From Myxococcota bacterium (GTDB lineage: Bacteria > Myxococcota_A > UBA9160 > UBA6930), in NCBI GenBank assembly GCA_030065975.1, contig JASJCN010000001.1, forward strand, positions 4,294-68,293: a stretch of 64,000 nt of DNA, read 5' to 3'. This document shows positions 9,680 to 17,994 of the stretch, piece by piece. The notes under the pieces were generated by a model. It saw only the letters and a list, made by a program, of their open reading frames with translations, searched no databases and was not told the origin of the DNA. Position 1 is the stretch's first letter; each line of letters starts with the position of its first letter. The position numbers were made by a program, and so were the translations under genes.

Positions 9680-10264
9680 ATGCTGGCCGGGGTGAGTGAC
9701 GGCATCCCGCTCGATCTCCCGTTCAAGGGAGGCCGGGACTACCTCCACGGAACCGACCTGTTCCAGAGCCTGGTCGACGTCACCGGGGCCAGGGGCCCAC
9801 TCGCCCTGCGGATCCGCCGGATGATGCGAACCGGCGTGCGCGCGGTCGCGTGCGACGATGCTGCGCGCCTCAAGCGGGCCGCCGCCCAGTTCCGCTTCGA
9901 AGAGGAGGGCGTCGTGCGGCGCCTGGCCGTCGAGGAGGATGGTCGCGCCGTCCTGGGGCGCACCGAGTACGACGAGGACGGCATCACCGAGAAGGCGCGC
10001 TTCGGGTCCGGCTTCGTCGAGCTCGAGCCCCCGGCCGGGCACAGCTGGATCGAGCGGGTGGTGTCCCACCACAAGCAGCTCGTGCGCCGCGAGGTCGCCC
10101 CCGTGGCGTGGCTCTTCACCGGGATCGAGCTCGAACGCTGGCCGGTCGGCGACGATCCCCTGCGCATCGAGCTGGCCCAGAAGCTCGGCACGCGCACGGC
10201 CCGCTCGGACATCCGCCACGCCGGCCAGGTGGTCGGGCGCATCACCTTCACGGTGCGTCAGTGA
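9680..10264 (+). CDS. hypothetical protein (194 aa), no recognised family
   Basis: Internal ATG with GGAAGGGGAG RBS. MLAGVSDGIPLDLPFKGGRDYLHGTDLFQSL. Its stop overlaps the next gene's start (GTGA). Confidence 0.6.
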   Translation: MLAGVSDGIPLDLPFKGGRDYLHGTDLFQSLVDVTGARGPLALRIRRMMRTGVRAVACDDAARLKRAAAQFRFEEEGVVRRLAVEEDGRAVLGRTEYDEDGITEKARFGSGFVELEPPAGHSWIERVVSHHKQLVRREVAPVAWLFTGIELERWPVGDDPLRIELAQKLGTRTARSDIRHAGQVVGRITFTVRQ

Positions 10265-11190
10265 TCGGCATCGGCGAGATCCGATCGGAGATCCCCGAGC
10301 GCCGGCTGGACAACCGGGAGCGCATGGAGGCGCTGGGCGTCGACGCGACCCTGCTCGAGTCGAAGATGGGCGTCGAGCGCGTGGCGAGGCTCCCCGCCGG
10401 CGCCGACACCTCCGACCTGGCGATCGCGGCGGTGGAGCGGCTCTTCGCCACGGGAAGCGTCCGGCCCGAGGAGGTCGAGAGCCTCTTCCTCGTCACCCAG
10501 AATCCGGATGGCCACGGGCTCCCCCACACCTCCGCCATCCTCCACGAGCGGCTCTCGCTTCCGCCCTCGTGCGTGTGCCTCGATCTCTCCCTCGGCTGCT
10601 CCGGATTCGTGGTCGGCGCCTCGGTCCTGCGCGGATTCATGGAGAGCCACGGCCAGACCCGCGGGCTGCTCGTCACGAGCGACCCCTACTCGAAGGTCCT
10701 CGACGAGAGCGATCGCAACACCGCGCTGATCTTCGGCGACGCCGCGGCCGCGACCCTGCTCAGCGATCGGCCGCGCTGGTGGGTGCGCGCCACGGATTTC
10801 GGCAGCGACGGCTCGCGGCGGGACGCCCTCGAGGTGCGCAAGGACGGGCGGCTCTTCATGAATGGCCGGGCCGTGTTCAACTTCTCCGCGACCGTGGTGC
10901 CGCGCAGCATCGAGAGCGCTCTCGAGCGCGCGGGGCTCGGCGTCGACGACGTCGACCGCTTCCTGCTACACCAGGGCAGCCGCTACATCGTGGAGCGGAT
11001 CGCCCAGCGCGTGGGAGCCGGGGACCGGGCCGCGTTCGCGGCCGGCGACTACGGCAACACGGTCTCGTCCTCGGTGCCGATCCTGCTCGAGCGCGAGACG
11101 AAGGACAGCGATCGCGTGGTGGTGGTCAGCGGCTTCGGCGTGGGCCTGAGCTGGGGAACCGCGGTCTTGGAGAGGGCAGATGCTGACTGA
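10261..11190 (+). CDS. 3-oxoacyl-ACP synthase III (KAS III, FabH-like)
   Basis: Cys-His-Asn triad context: LGCSGFVVG, LLHQGSRYIV, YGNTVSSSVPI. GTG start overlaps the upstream stop. Confidence 0.85.
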   Translation: MIGIGEIRSEIPERRLDNRERMEALGVDATLLESKMGVERVARLPAGADTSDLAIAAVERLFATGSVRPEEVESLFLVTQNPDGHGLPHTSAILHERLSLPPSCVCLDLSLGCSGFVVGASVLRGFMESHGQTRGLLVTSDPYSKVLDESDRNTALIFGDAAAATLLSDRPRWWVRATDFGSDGSRRDALEVRKDGRLFMNGRAVFNFSATVVPRSIESALERAGLGVDDVDRFLLHQGSRYIVERIAQRVGAGDRAAFAAGDYGNTVSSSVPILLERETKDSDRVVVVSGFGVGLSWGTAVLERADAD

Positions 11191-11416
11191 AGACGCCGTC
11201 CGCGCGGCCATGGCCGAGCTCGAGACGGACATCGAGGTGGCCGAGGTGGGCGCCGAAGAGGATCTCTTCGACGCGGGGTTCGACTCCCTCGACCTGGCCG
11301 ACCTGCTGCTCTCGCTGCAGGAGTCCCACGGGCTCGAGGTCCCCGACGAAGATCTCGAGCTGTGCCGCTCGATCCGCGCCATCGTCGCCTACGCCGGCCG
11401 CGCCGAGGCCAGCTGA
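11180..11416 (+). CDS. acyl carrier protein
   Basis: 78 aa, acidic, with the phosphopantetheine-attachment motif GFDSLDLADLL. Overlaps the KAS III 3' end by 11 nt. Confidence 0.85.
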   Translation: MLTEDAVRAAMAELETDIEVAEVGAEEDLFDAGFDSLDLADLLLSLQESHGLEVPDEDLELCRSIRAIVAYAGRAEAS

Positions 11417-11521
11417 GCCGCGCCTCTGGTCTCCGTCGTCGTCGACTGCCTGTCGCTCACGCTCTTCGCGGTCGCTCTGCGGCTGGTCGCGACCCTGCGC
11501 CCCTCTTCCGACAACTGGGGC

Positions 11522-13063
11522 GTGATGACGAAGATCGCGAACCAGCGGAAGAGCCGCTGGATCACCTACGAGCTCGGGGACGCGATCCAGCACGGGAACT
11601 TCCCGTACCCGATGCTCCCCCACTACCTGATCTCGCGCCTTCCCAAGAAGCGCTGGCCCCTGGCCGCGGTGGCGCTCAACCTGGCATCGGACGTCTCGAT
11701 CGGGCTCGCTCTCTACGCGCTCTTCCGCTGGCCGGTGCTGCCGACCCTCGAGCTGGCCGGCGGCGACCCGACCCTCCAGCGCGCCCTTGCCCTCGCAGTC
11801 GGCGCCGTGTTCGTGAGCACGCCCCTCCTGGTTCCCCTCACGGCCCGGGTCCGCGCCACCAACGGCCGCGCCCCCTCGCTGCCGCTCGCGACCGCCGTCT
11901 TCGCCGGGATCGCCTGGATCGAGGCGGGAGGCGGCGGGCTCGCGTGGGGCGGAAGCGCCTTCGCCCTCTTCTGCCTGGCGCTCACCTCCTTCTTCGGGCT
12001 CCAGGCCGTCGTGTTCTCGGCCCCGCTGATCGCGCTCTTCACGGGATCCTTCGTGCCGCTGATCCTGGTCGCGGGCGTCGGCGTGCTGGGCTGGCTCGTG
12101 CCGCCGCTGGGCATCCGCGACCTGCTGGTCTTCAAGGTGAACCACTGGGTCTGGTACGCGGGGAACCGCATGCGCCTCGAGAACGTGGCGAAGCGCAACC
12201 TGATCGCGAACACCCTGCGCCTGCCCGCGCTGTTCTTCCGCGACGGCGCCGAGGCCCGCAAGCTCCTCTTCCAGCAGTCGCCGGTGTGGATCGCGGCGTA
12301 CTCGCTTCCGGTGCTCTGGCTCGTGGGCTTTGCCGCCTTCGACGCCGACTTCCGCGAGTCGGTCGCGAGCGCTCCGCTGATGGCGGTGTCGGGTGCGTGC
12401 GTGCTCGCCGCAGCCATCCTCTTCGTCGCTACCAGCATCGACCCCCTGACGATCTTCGGCCAGGCCGAGCGCTACTTCGAGTACGCGACGCCGGCGATGG
12501 CGCTGCTCGCCGGCGCCTGGGCCGCCCAGCACGGCGCCGAAGGGGTCCTGGCCGTGGCGGCGCTCGTGCTTCCCAACGTGAGCGTCCTGCTCCTGATCCA
12601 TCTCCTGTCGGAGACGGCGAACCTGCGACGGCTGACGCGAGGACAGGGGCGCGACCAGCCGGAGAAGGATCTCGCACGACACCTGGCGCAGATCGAAGGC
12701 GAGCTCCGGGTCGCGACCGTCCCGATCAAGCTGCCGGCGCTGCTCTCGTACTACACCAAGCCGAAGCTCAAGGGTCGGCTCCGCTACTACTACCGCTTCA
12801 TCCAGCACCCCGAGCGTCCGCTCGACGCCTTCGACTACTTCACGCAGGACACGGAGGAGCTCGACGTCTTTCGCGGCAGCGTGGACGCCCTGGCCGAGCG
12901 CTACCGCCTGGGCTGGATCATCGCGGACCGATCCTTCGTCGAGAATCGGAAGGCGAGCTCCGAGTTCGTGGCCTCCCTGGCCAAGCGCTCGCCTTGCTAC
13001 GAGAACGAACGCTACGCGCTCTACGCGCTCGATGGGGCGGACGCGTCCGAGGAGCCGCGATGA
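11522..13063 (+). CDS. polytopic integral membrane protein, unknown family (polymerase/glycosyltransferase-C-like topology?)
   Basis: About 10 hydrophobic segments in the first 370 aa, followed by a soluble C-terminal ~140 aa. GTG-ATG start. Confidence 0.7.
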   Translation: MMTKIANQRKSRWITYELGDAIQHGNFPYPMLPHYLISRLPKKRWPLAAVALNLASDVSIGLALYALFRWPVLPTLELAGGDPTLQRALALAVGAVFVSTPLLVPLTARVRATNGRAPSLPLATAVFAGIAWIEAGGGGLAWGGSAFALFCLALTSFFGLQAVVFSAPLIALFTGSFVPLILVAGVGVLGWLVPPLGIRDLLVFKVNHWVWYAGNRMRLENVAKRNLIANTLRLPALFFRDGAEARKLLFQQSPVWIAAYSLPVLWLVGFAAFDADFRESVASAPLMAVSGACVLAAAILFVATSIDPLTIFGQAERYFEYATPAMALLAGAWAAQHGAEGVLAVAALVLPNVSVLLLIHLLSETANLRRLTRGQGRDQPEKDLARHLAQIEGELRVATVPIKLPALLSYYTKPKLKGRLRYYYRFIQHPERPLDAFDYFTQDTEELDVFRGSVDALAERYRLGWIIADRSFVENRKASSEFVASLAKRSPCYENERYALYALDGADASEEPR

Positions 13064-13965
13064 AGTCCTCGTTCCCGCGCGCGCTGCCCCGCCCGCTGAC
13101 CGTGGCCGAGTGCCTGGCCCTCGGCGAGGCCGAAGACGTCGCGCTCCACGGGGACGCGGACCACTCGCTCGTGTCCGTCGCTTCGCCCGACGAGGCGGAC
13201 GCGGGCTCGATCTGCTTCCTGCGCGGACGCGGCCCCGGCGTCGCCAAGGCGGCGGCGCCGCTGCGTGCCGGCCTGTTGTTGGCCGAGACGCCCGTCGAGG
13301 CGCCCGGCGTGGCCGCCGTGGCGATCGTCTCGGATGCCTGCCGCTTCATGGCGTCGGTGCTGACTGCGCTCCTCCCCGAGGAGGAGGCGGCCACGGAGCA
13401 CGACGTCCACCCGGACGCCCGCATCGACGCGAGCGCGCGGCTCGGCCGTCACGTCGTCGTCGAGGCGGACGTCGAGGTCGGCCCCGGCTGCCGCATCGAC
13501 GCCCACGCCGTATTGCATGCCGGAACGCGCCTGGGCCGAGGCTGTCGGATCGGAGCCGGAAGCGTGATCGGGCGCAGCGACGACAGCCCGTATCGGAGCG
13601 CCTATGGCCCCTATCGCCTCCCGAGCGTGGGGCAGACCCGGCTCGAGGACGAGGTGACCGTCGGGGCGCACACCACGATCGTGCGCGGCGTGCTGAGCGA
13701 CACCTGGCTCGGATCCCGGGTGCTGGTGGGCAACCAGGTGAACGTGGGGCGCAACTGTCGCCTCGGCGAAGGCGCGGCCGTCTACGTGGGCGCCATGCTC
13801 TGCGGCAGTGCCGAGCTCGGCGAGAACGCCTCGGTCGGCGCCGGGGCGTGCCTGAACAACGGCGTGCGGGTGGGAGCCGGCGCGCAGATCGGGCTCGGCG
13901 CGGTCGTGACGCGCCACGTCCGAGCGGGCGAGCGCGTGTTCGGCAACCCGGCGCGGAGGCGCTAG
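13060..13965 (+). CDS. LpxD-like hexapeptide-repeat N-acyltransferase
   Basis: ATGA overlap at 13060-13063. Left-handed beta-helix hexapeptide repeats (VHPDARIDASARLGRHVVVEADVEVGPGCRIDAHAVLHAGTRLG...) and an LpxD-like N-terminal domain. Confidence 0.8.
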   Translation: MKSSFPRALPRPLTVAECLALGEAEDVALHGDADHSLVSVASPDEADAGSICFLRGRGPGVAKAAAPLRAGLLLAETPVEAPGVAAVAIVSDACRFMASVLTALLPEEEAATEHDVHPDARIDASARLGRHVVVEADVEVGPGCRIDAHAVLHAGTRLGRGCRIGAGSVIGRSDDSPYRSAYGPYRLPSVGQTRLEDEVTVGAHTTIVRGVLSDTWLGSRVLVGNQVNVGRNCRLGEGAAVYVGAMLCGSAELGENASVGAGACLNNGVRVGAGAQIGLGAVVTRHVRAGERVFGNPARRR

Positions 13966-13985
13966 GCCGCCGGCCGCCGGAGGTT

Positions 13986-16900
13986 CTAGGGCGCGGCCGT
14001 GAAGGTCACGTCCCGCGAGTGCCAGCCGCTTCCGTTCTCGAACCAGAGCCGCGCGTGGATCGTGCTTCCGTCCGTCGGCAGGCCGCTCACCAGGAGGGAG
14101 GTGGTGCCTCCGCCCAGGCGTCCGCTGTTCAGTAGGTCGTAGCCGCCGTTCGAGGTGCCCAGGTTCAGCCACCAGTCCGTGACGCTGGCGGTCGGGTCGG
14201 ACCACTGGAAGGTCACCGTGGCGCCCGGGAGCGTGCTGCCGGGCGTGGGTGCGGTGACCGAGGGGCCCGGAGTCGTGAAGGTGAAGTCCTCGCTCGCCCA
14301 CGAGCCAGAGGCCTTGTACCACAGGCGCGCATGGACGTTGCCGCCACCGACCGGGAGGTCGTTCACCGCGATCGACGTCGTGGCGCCCAGGTTGCCGCTG
14401 TTGAGGATGTCGTGACCGCCCTGGCTCGTGCCCAGGTTGAGCCACCACTCCGTGACCGCGCCGCTCGGATCCGACCACGAGAAGGTCTCGCTGGCGCCGA
14501 TCTGGCTGCCGGGCGTGGGCGACACGAGCGAAGGAGGCGGAGGCGCGGCCACCGTGGCGGCCGTGAAGCTGAAGTCCTCGGAGCGCCAGGACCCGCTGCC
14601 CGAGCGATACCAGAGCCGCGCGTGCACGGTGCTCCCGTCGGTCGGCAGGCCGGCCACGGCGAGGCTGGTGGAGGCGCCGAGGTTGCCGCTGTTCAGGACG
14701 TCGTGGCCCCCAGCCGTCGTTCCCAGGTTGAGCCACCAGTTGGTGGTGGCACCGCTCGGATCCGACCACTGGAAGGTCGTGGCGGCCCCGGGCAGCGTCG
14801 CTCCCGGCGAAGGGGTCACCATCACCGGAGTGGCAGCGGCGATGGTGGCGGCCGTCAAGGAGTAGTCGACGGAGAGCCACTCCCCACCGGACCGTCGGAA
14901 GAAGAGTCGGATGAAGAGCTGCCGTCCGTCCGTCGGGAGGCCATCGACGTCGACGCTGCTGGCACCGCTGATCCGGCCGCTGTTGAACAGGTCGTTGCCG
15001 CCGGACGAGCTCCCGATGTGCACCCAGGCCTCGTCGACGAGGCCGCTGACGTCGTTCCACGAGAGGGTCGTCGAGGCGGCGGTGAGCGTGCTGTCCGCAG
15101 CCGGAGACACGAGGTTCGGCGGGAGCAGGACGGTCGCCGCGGTCACGGAGAAGTCGACGGAGCTCCAGGGGTCGCCCGTCATGCGGTGGAAGATCCGCAC
15201 GTACAGCGTGCGCCCGTCGGTGGGAAGCCCGGTGACGGTCACGGAGCCGCTCGAGCCGAGGGGTCCGCTGTCGAAGACGTCGTTCGCGGCCAGGCTCGAG
15301 CCGACCTGGATCCACCACTCGTCGGCCAGCCCGTTCAGGTCCGACCACTCGAAGGTGAGGTCGCCGGGCGGCAGGACCGAGCCCGGGAGCGGGAAGATCA
15401 GCATGGGCTGCGAGACCGGTGCGTCGTACGCCTGGTAGGAGACGTCCTGGCTGGTCCAGCTGCCGTTCATGTAGGCCCACAGGCGCACGTGGAGGGTGCG
15501 CCCGTCGGACGGGAGCGACGGCACCACCACCGACCGCGTCCCCGCGGCGAGGGAGCCGCTGTTGAAGAGATCGTCCGCACCGGGCTCGGTGCCGACGTAG
15601 ACCCACCAGTCCGAGACGGCGTTCCCATTGTCCACCCAGCCCAGGGTGGCGTCGCTGGCCGGGAGCATGGTGCCCGCGGGCGGCGAGTTGAGATCGGGCG
15701 GCGGAGTCGAGGAGACCTGCGCAGCCCGCCAGCTCGCGATGGTCGGAACCGTCTCGCTCAGCACTCGCCGCACGTCCGCCGAGCTGCTGCCCGTGGCGCG
15801 GCCGGTGTAGGTCGAGTTCGGGTTCGAGATGCGGCCCAGGCGCAGGCAGTATCCGCAGCTCGAGGGGTAGGCCATCAGGGTGTGGAAGCGGTTGGAGGGC
15901 TCGATGTAGCCGAACGCGTAGGGCCGCGTGCGGGCCGCGGCGCTCGAGGTGCTGCCGCCCGAGCTCGTGATCGTGCGGGCGTCGTGGTTGTTGCCCTGGT
16001 TGTGGCCCAGCTCGTGGGCGAGCACCGTCGGGTCGTCGAAGGCCTGCACCGCGACGGCGGAGAAGCCGATGTAGTCGGAGTACGGCATGTAGTCGACGTT
16101 CGGGACCCAGGCGATGCCCGCCGTTCCCGAGTAGGGGTTCGGGCGCACGATGAAGGTCACGAGGTCGGCCCCGTACTGGTTCCGCAGGCCGTGGACGCCG
16201 CTCACGACGCCGTCGGTCACGTCGCGGAGCGCCGCGTCCATGGGATCGCCGCTGCGCTCCGTGTAGGAGACCTCGGCGCTGTGGACGACGCGGACGCGCG
16301 CCGTGGAGCCGCTCTCGCTGTAGAAGCGGTTGATCGAAGCGGCATTGAGGGAGATCAGCGAGTCCATGCCGGAGACGCCGCCCGCCGCCGCGCGTGCGGC
16401 GGGGGAGTAGACGACCAGGAGGTCGAGGGTGTCGCCGGACTGCGAGGCGGCGGCCACGTCGCCGCCACCGCTGCCCGTGTCGCTCCCTCCGCTGCCCGTA
16501 TCGAAGGCCGCGGCCTCGACGTGGTGATCGTGCTCGTCGTTGACGCAGTCGCCGATCGCCTCGCGGTCCACCTCCTTCACCCGCACGAGCCCGTTCTCGA
16601 TGGCGCGGACCTGGTACAGCTCGCCGGTCGGGAGCAGCACGTTCGCCGCGAGGGTGTCGCCGTCGAGGACGGCCACGACGTCGCTGTCCTCGACGCCGAC
16701 CACGCGTCCGGACGCGACCAGCGAGATCCCGGCCGGGTCGTTGCGCTCGACGCGGTCGAAGACGACGGGGAATCCCACGTCGTCGAAGAGGTTCAGCAGC
16801 AGCGAACGGCGCGCGCCGTCGCGGCCGCGCAGGGTGCGCGCCAGCTCGTCGGTGTCGAGTAGTATGCGCTCGCGGCGCGCGTTGTGGAGGGCATCGGGCG

Positions 16901-17210
16901 CGACGCGCGAGGTGGCGTCGCGAGGGGCCGCGGCGAAGGCCGGCGGCAGGTCTCCGTCGTCGACCCGCGGCACGGCGGCGCGCTCGACGGGAGCCGGGGT
17001 GACAGCGGGGATCGGCGCCTCTGCGGGTGCGGTCTCGTCGAGGGAGGCCGGCGCCCCCTCCGGGATCCGATCCCCGGTCTCGGGCAAGGGCGTCGGCGAG
17101 CTCGCGAGCTCGATGGCCGCGGGCTCGTTCGGCGCGTCGACGCCCGCCAGTGCGAAGAAGCCGGCGGCGAGCAGGCAGGGGACGAGGATGAGTAAAGGGC
17201 GGAGGGGCAT
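13986..17210 (-). CDS. secreted zinc metalloprotease (metzincin, reprolysin/M12B-like) with six C-terminal tandem domains
   Basis: Signal peptide MPLRPLLILVPCLLAAGFFALAG. Zinc motif HELGHNQGNNHD (HEXXHXXGXXHD). C-terminal 572 aa made of six ~95-aa repeats. Confidence 0.85.
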   Translation of the reverse strand: MPLRPLLILVPCLLAAGFFALAGVDAPNEPAAIELASSPTPLPETGDRIPEGAPASLDETAPAEAPIPAVTPAPVERAAVPRVDDGDLPPAFAAAPRDATSRVAPDALHNARRERILLDTDELARTLRGRDGARRSLLLNLFDDVGFPVVFDRVERNDPAGISLVASGRVVGVEDSDVVAVLDGDTLAANVLLPTGELYQVRAIENGLVRVKEVDREAIGDCVNDEHDHHVEAAAFDTGSGGSDTGSGGGDVAAASQSGDTLDLLVVYSPAARAAAGGVSGMDSLISLNAASINRFYSESGSTARVRVVHSAEVSYTERSGDPMDAALRDVTDGVVSGVHGLRNQYGADLVTFIVRPNPYSGTAGIAWVPNVDYMPYSDYIGFSAVAVQAFDDPTVLAHELGHNQGNNHDARTITSSGGSTSSAAARTRPYAFGYIEPSNRFHTLMAYPSSCGYCLRLGRISNPNSTYTGRATGSSSADVRRVLSETVPTIASWRAAQVSSTPPPDLNSPPAGTMLPASDATLGWVDNGNAVSDWWVYVGTEPGADDLFNSGSLAAGTRSVVVPSLPSDGRTLHVRLWAYMNGSWTSQDVSYQAYDAPVSQPMLIFPLPGSVLPPGDLTFEWSDLNGLADEWWIQVGSSLAANDVFDSGPLGSSGSVTVTGLPTDGRTLYVRIFHRMTGDPWSSVDFSVTAATVLLPPNLVSPAADSTLTAASTTLSWNDVSGLVDEAWVHIGSSSGGNDLFNSGRISGASSVDVDGLPTDGRQLFIRLFFRRSGGEWLSVDYSLTAATIAAATPVMVTPSPGATLPGAATTFQWSDPSGATTNWWLNLGTTAGGHDVLNSGNLGASTSLAVAGLPTDGSTVHARLWYRSGSGSWRSEDFSFTAATVAAPPPPSLVSPTPGSQIGASETFSWSDPSGAVTEWWLNLGTSQGGHDILNSGNLGATTSIAVNDLPVGGGNVHARLWYKASGSWASEDFTFTTPGPSVTAPTPGSTLPGATVTFQWSDPTASVTDWWLNLGTSNGGYDLLNSGRLGGGTTSLLVSGLPTDGSTIHARLWFENGSGWHSRDVTFTAAP
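13989..15704 (-). repeat. six tandem ~275-295-nt coding repeats (protein repeats of 91-99 aa)
   Basis: Each unit matches P.G..L.....TF.WSD.......WW..LG.S.GG.D..NSG.L.....S..V.GLPTDG.T.H.RLW.......W.S.D..F. Unit lengths by hand count are 99, 95, 97, 98, 91 and 92 aa. Confidence 0.8.
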
Positions 17211-17373
17211 GGGGGCTCGGGGATGGGGGGTCGATGGGGGACATCGGCCCCACATCCGGGTCCTTTAGCCCTCACCTTGGGGGCCCCTGAGCTGCCGACT
17301 TGCGTATCGTCGATCACGGCAGAATCGCTTCCCGCCGCGGCAACGCGCCGGCAGGATCCCAGGAGGCCGCTCG

Positions 17374-17967
17374 GTGCGCTGTGTATTCTCCTCGACGGAG
17401 GAGAGGGCTTTGGGCGGAGAGGGGTCCCGCGGGGCGATCGTGCTGGGTGAGGTGCCGGAGGCACTGCTGGCCGACTTCGAGGCGGCGGTGGGCGACGGAC
17501 ACGACTGGCCGGACAACGGGCGCTCGTCCCGCTTCCGGGCCCAGCGGAACACGCGTTCGCTCGCCTTCCGCGAGGACCCGACCGCGTTCGAGTCGCGCTA
17601 TGCGAAGGCCAGCGCGGCGCCTCGGATCGAGGACACCGAGTGGCGGACGCGCTTCCCCGAGGTCGAGCCGCTGCTCGAGCTCGTCCAGCAGACCGGGATC
17701 GGGAGCGAGTTCGGCAAGGTGCTCGCCGTCTGGCTGAAGGCGCATCGCGGCGTGGGCGTGCACGTCGACGACGGGCCCTACTACGACGCGCACCACCGCG
17801 TGCACGTACCGGTGGTGACCGACCCCGGCGCGACCATGAAGCTCGCCGGCGAGTCGGTGCACCTCGAGCGCGGCAAGATCTACAAGATCGCGAACACCGA
17901 GCCCCACGGCGCCACGAACCGCTCGGATCGGGATCGCCTCCACCTGATCGTCGACGTCTGCCGATGA
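17374..17967 (+). CDS. aspartyl/asparaginyl beta-hydroxylase family (cupin) protein
   Basis: GTG start 7 nt after AGGAGG. HRVHVPVVTDPGATMKLAGESVHLERGKIYKIANTEPHGATNRSDRDRLHLIVD matches the family's C-terminal core. Confidence 0.7.
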   Translation: MRCVFSSTEERALGGEGSRGAIVLGEVPEALLADFEAAVGDGHDWPDNGRSSRFRAQRNTRSLAFREDPTAFESRYAKASAAPRIEDTEWRTRFPEVEPLLELVQQTGIGSEFGKVLAVWLKAHRGVGVHVDDGPYYDAHHRVHVPVVTDPGATMKLAGESVHLERGKIYKIANTEPHGATNRSDRDRLHLIVDVCR

Positions 17968-17994
17968 GCCCGCGCGCTCGGCCGAGGGCGCCTC

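Noticed and set aside
11126-12808. 560-aa minus-strand ORF opposite the ACP and membrane-protein genes
   Set aside because: Shadow frame. The plus strand carries an ACP with a DSLD motif and a coherent polytopic membrane protein.
13021-17253. 1410-aa minus-strand ORF, the longest in the track
   Set aside because: Extremely Arg/Pro/Gly/His-rich with no motifs. It is an out-of-frame shadow of the metzincin gene (13986..17210) and antisense to the LpxD-like gene, a typical GC-rich artefact.
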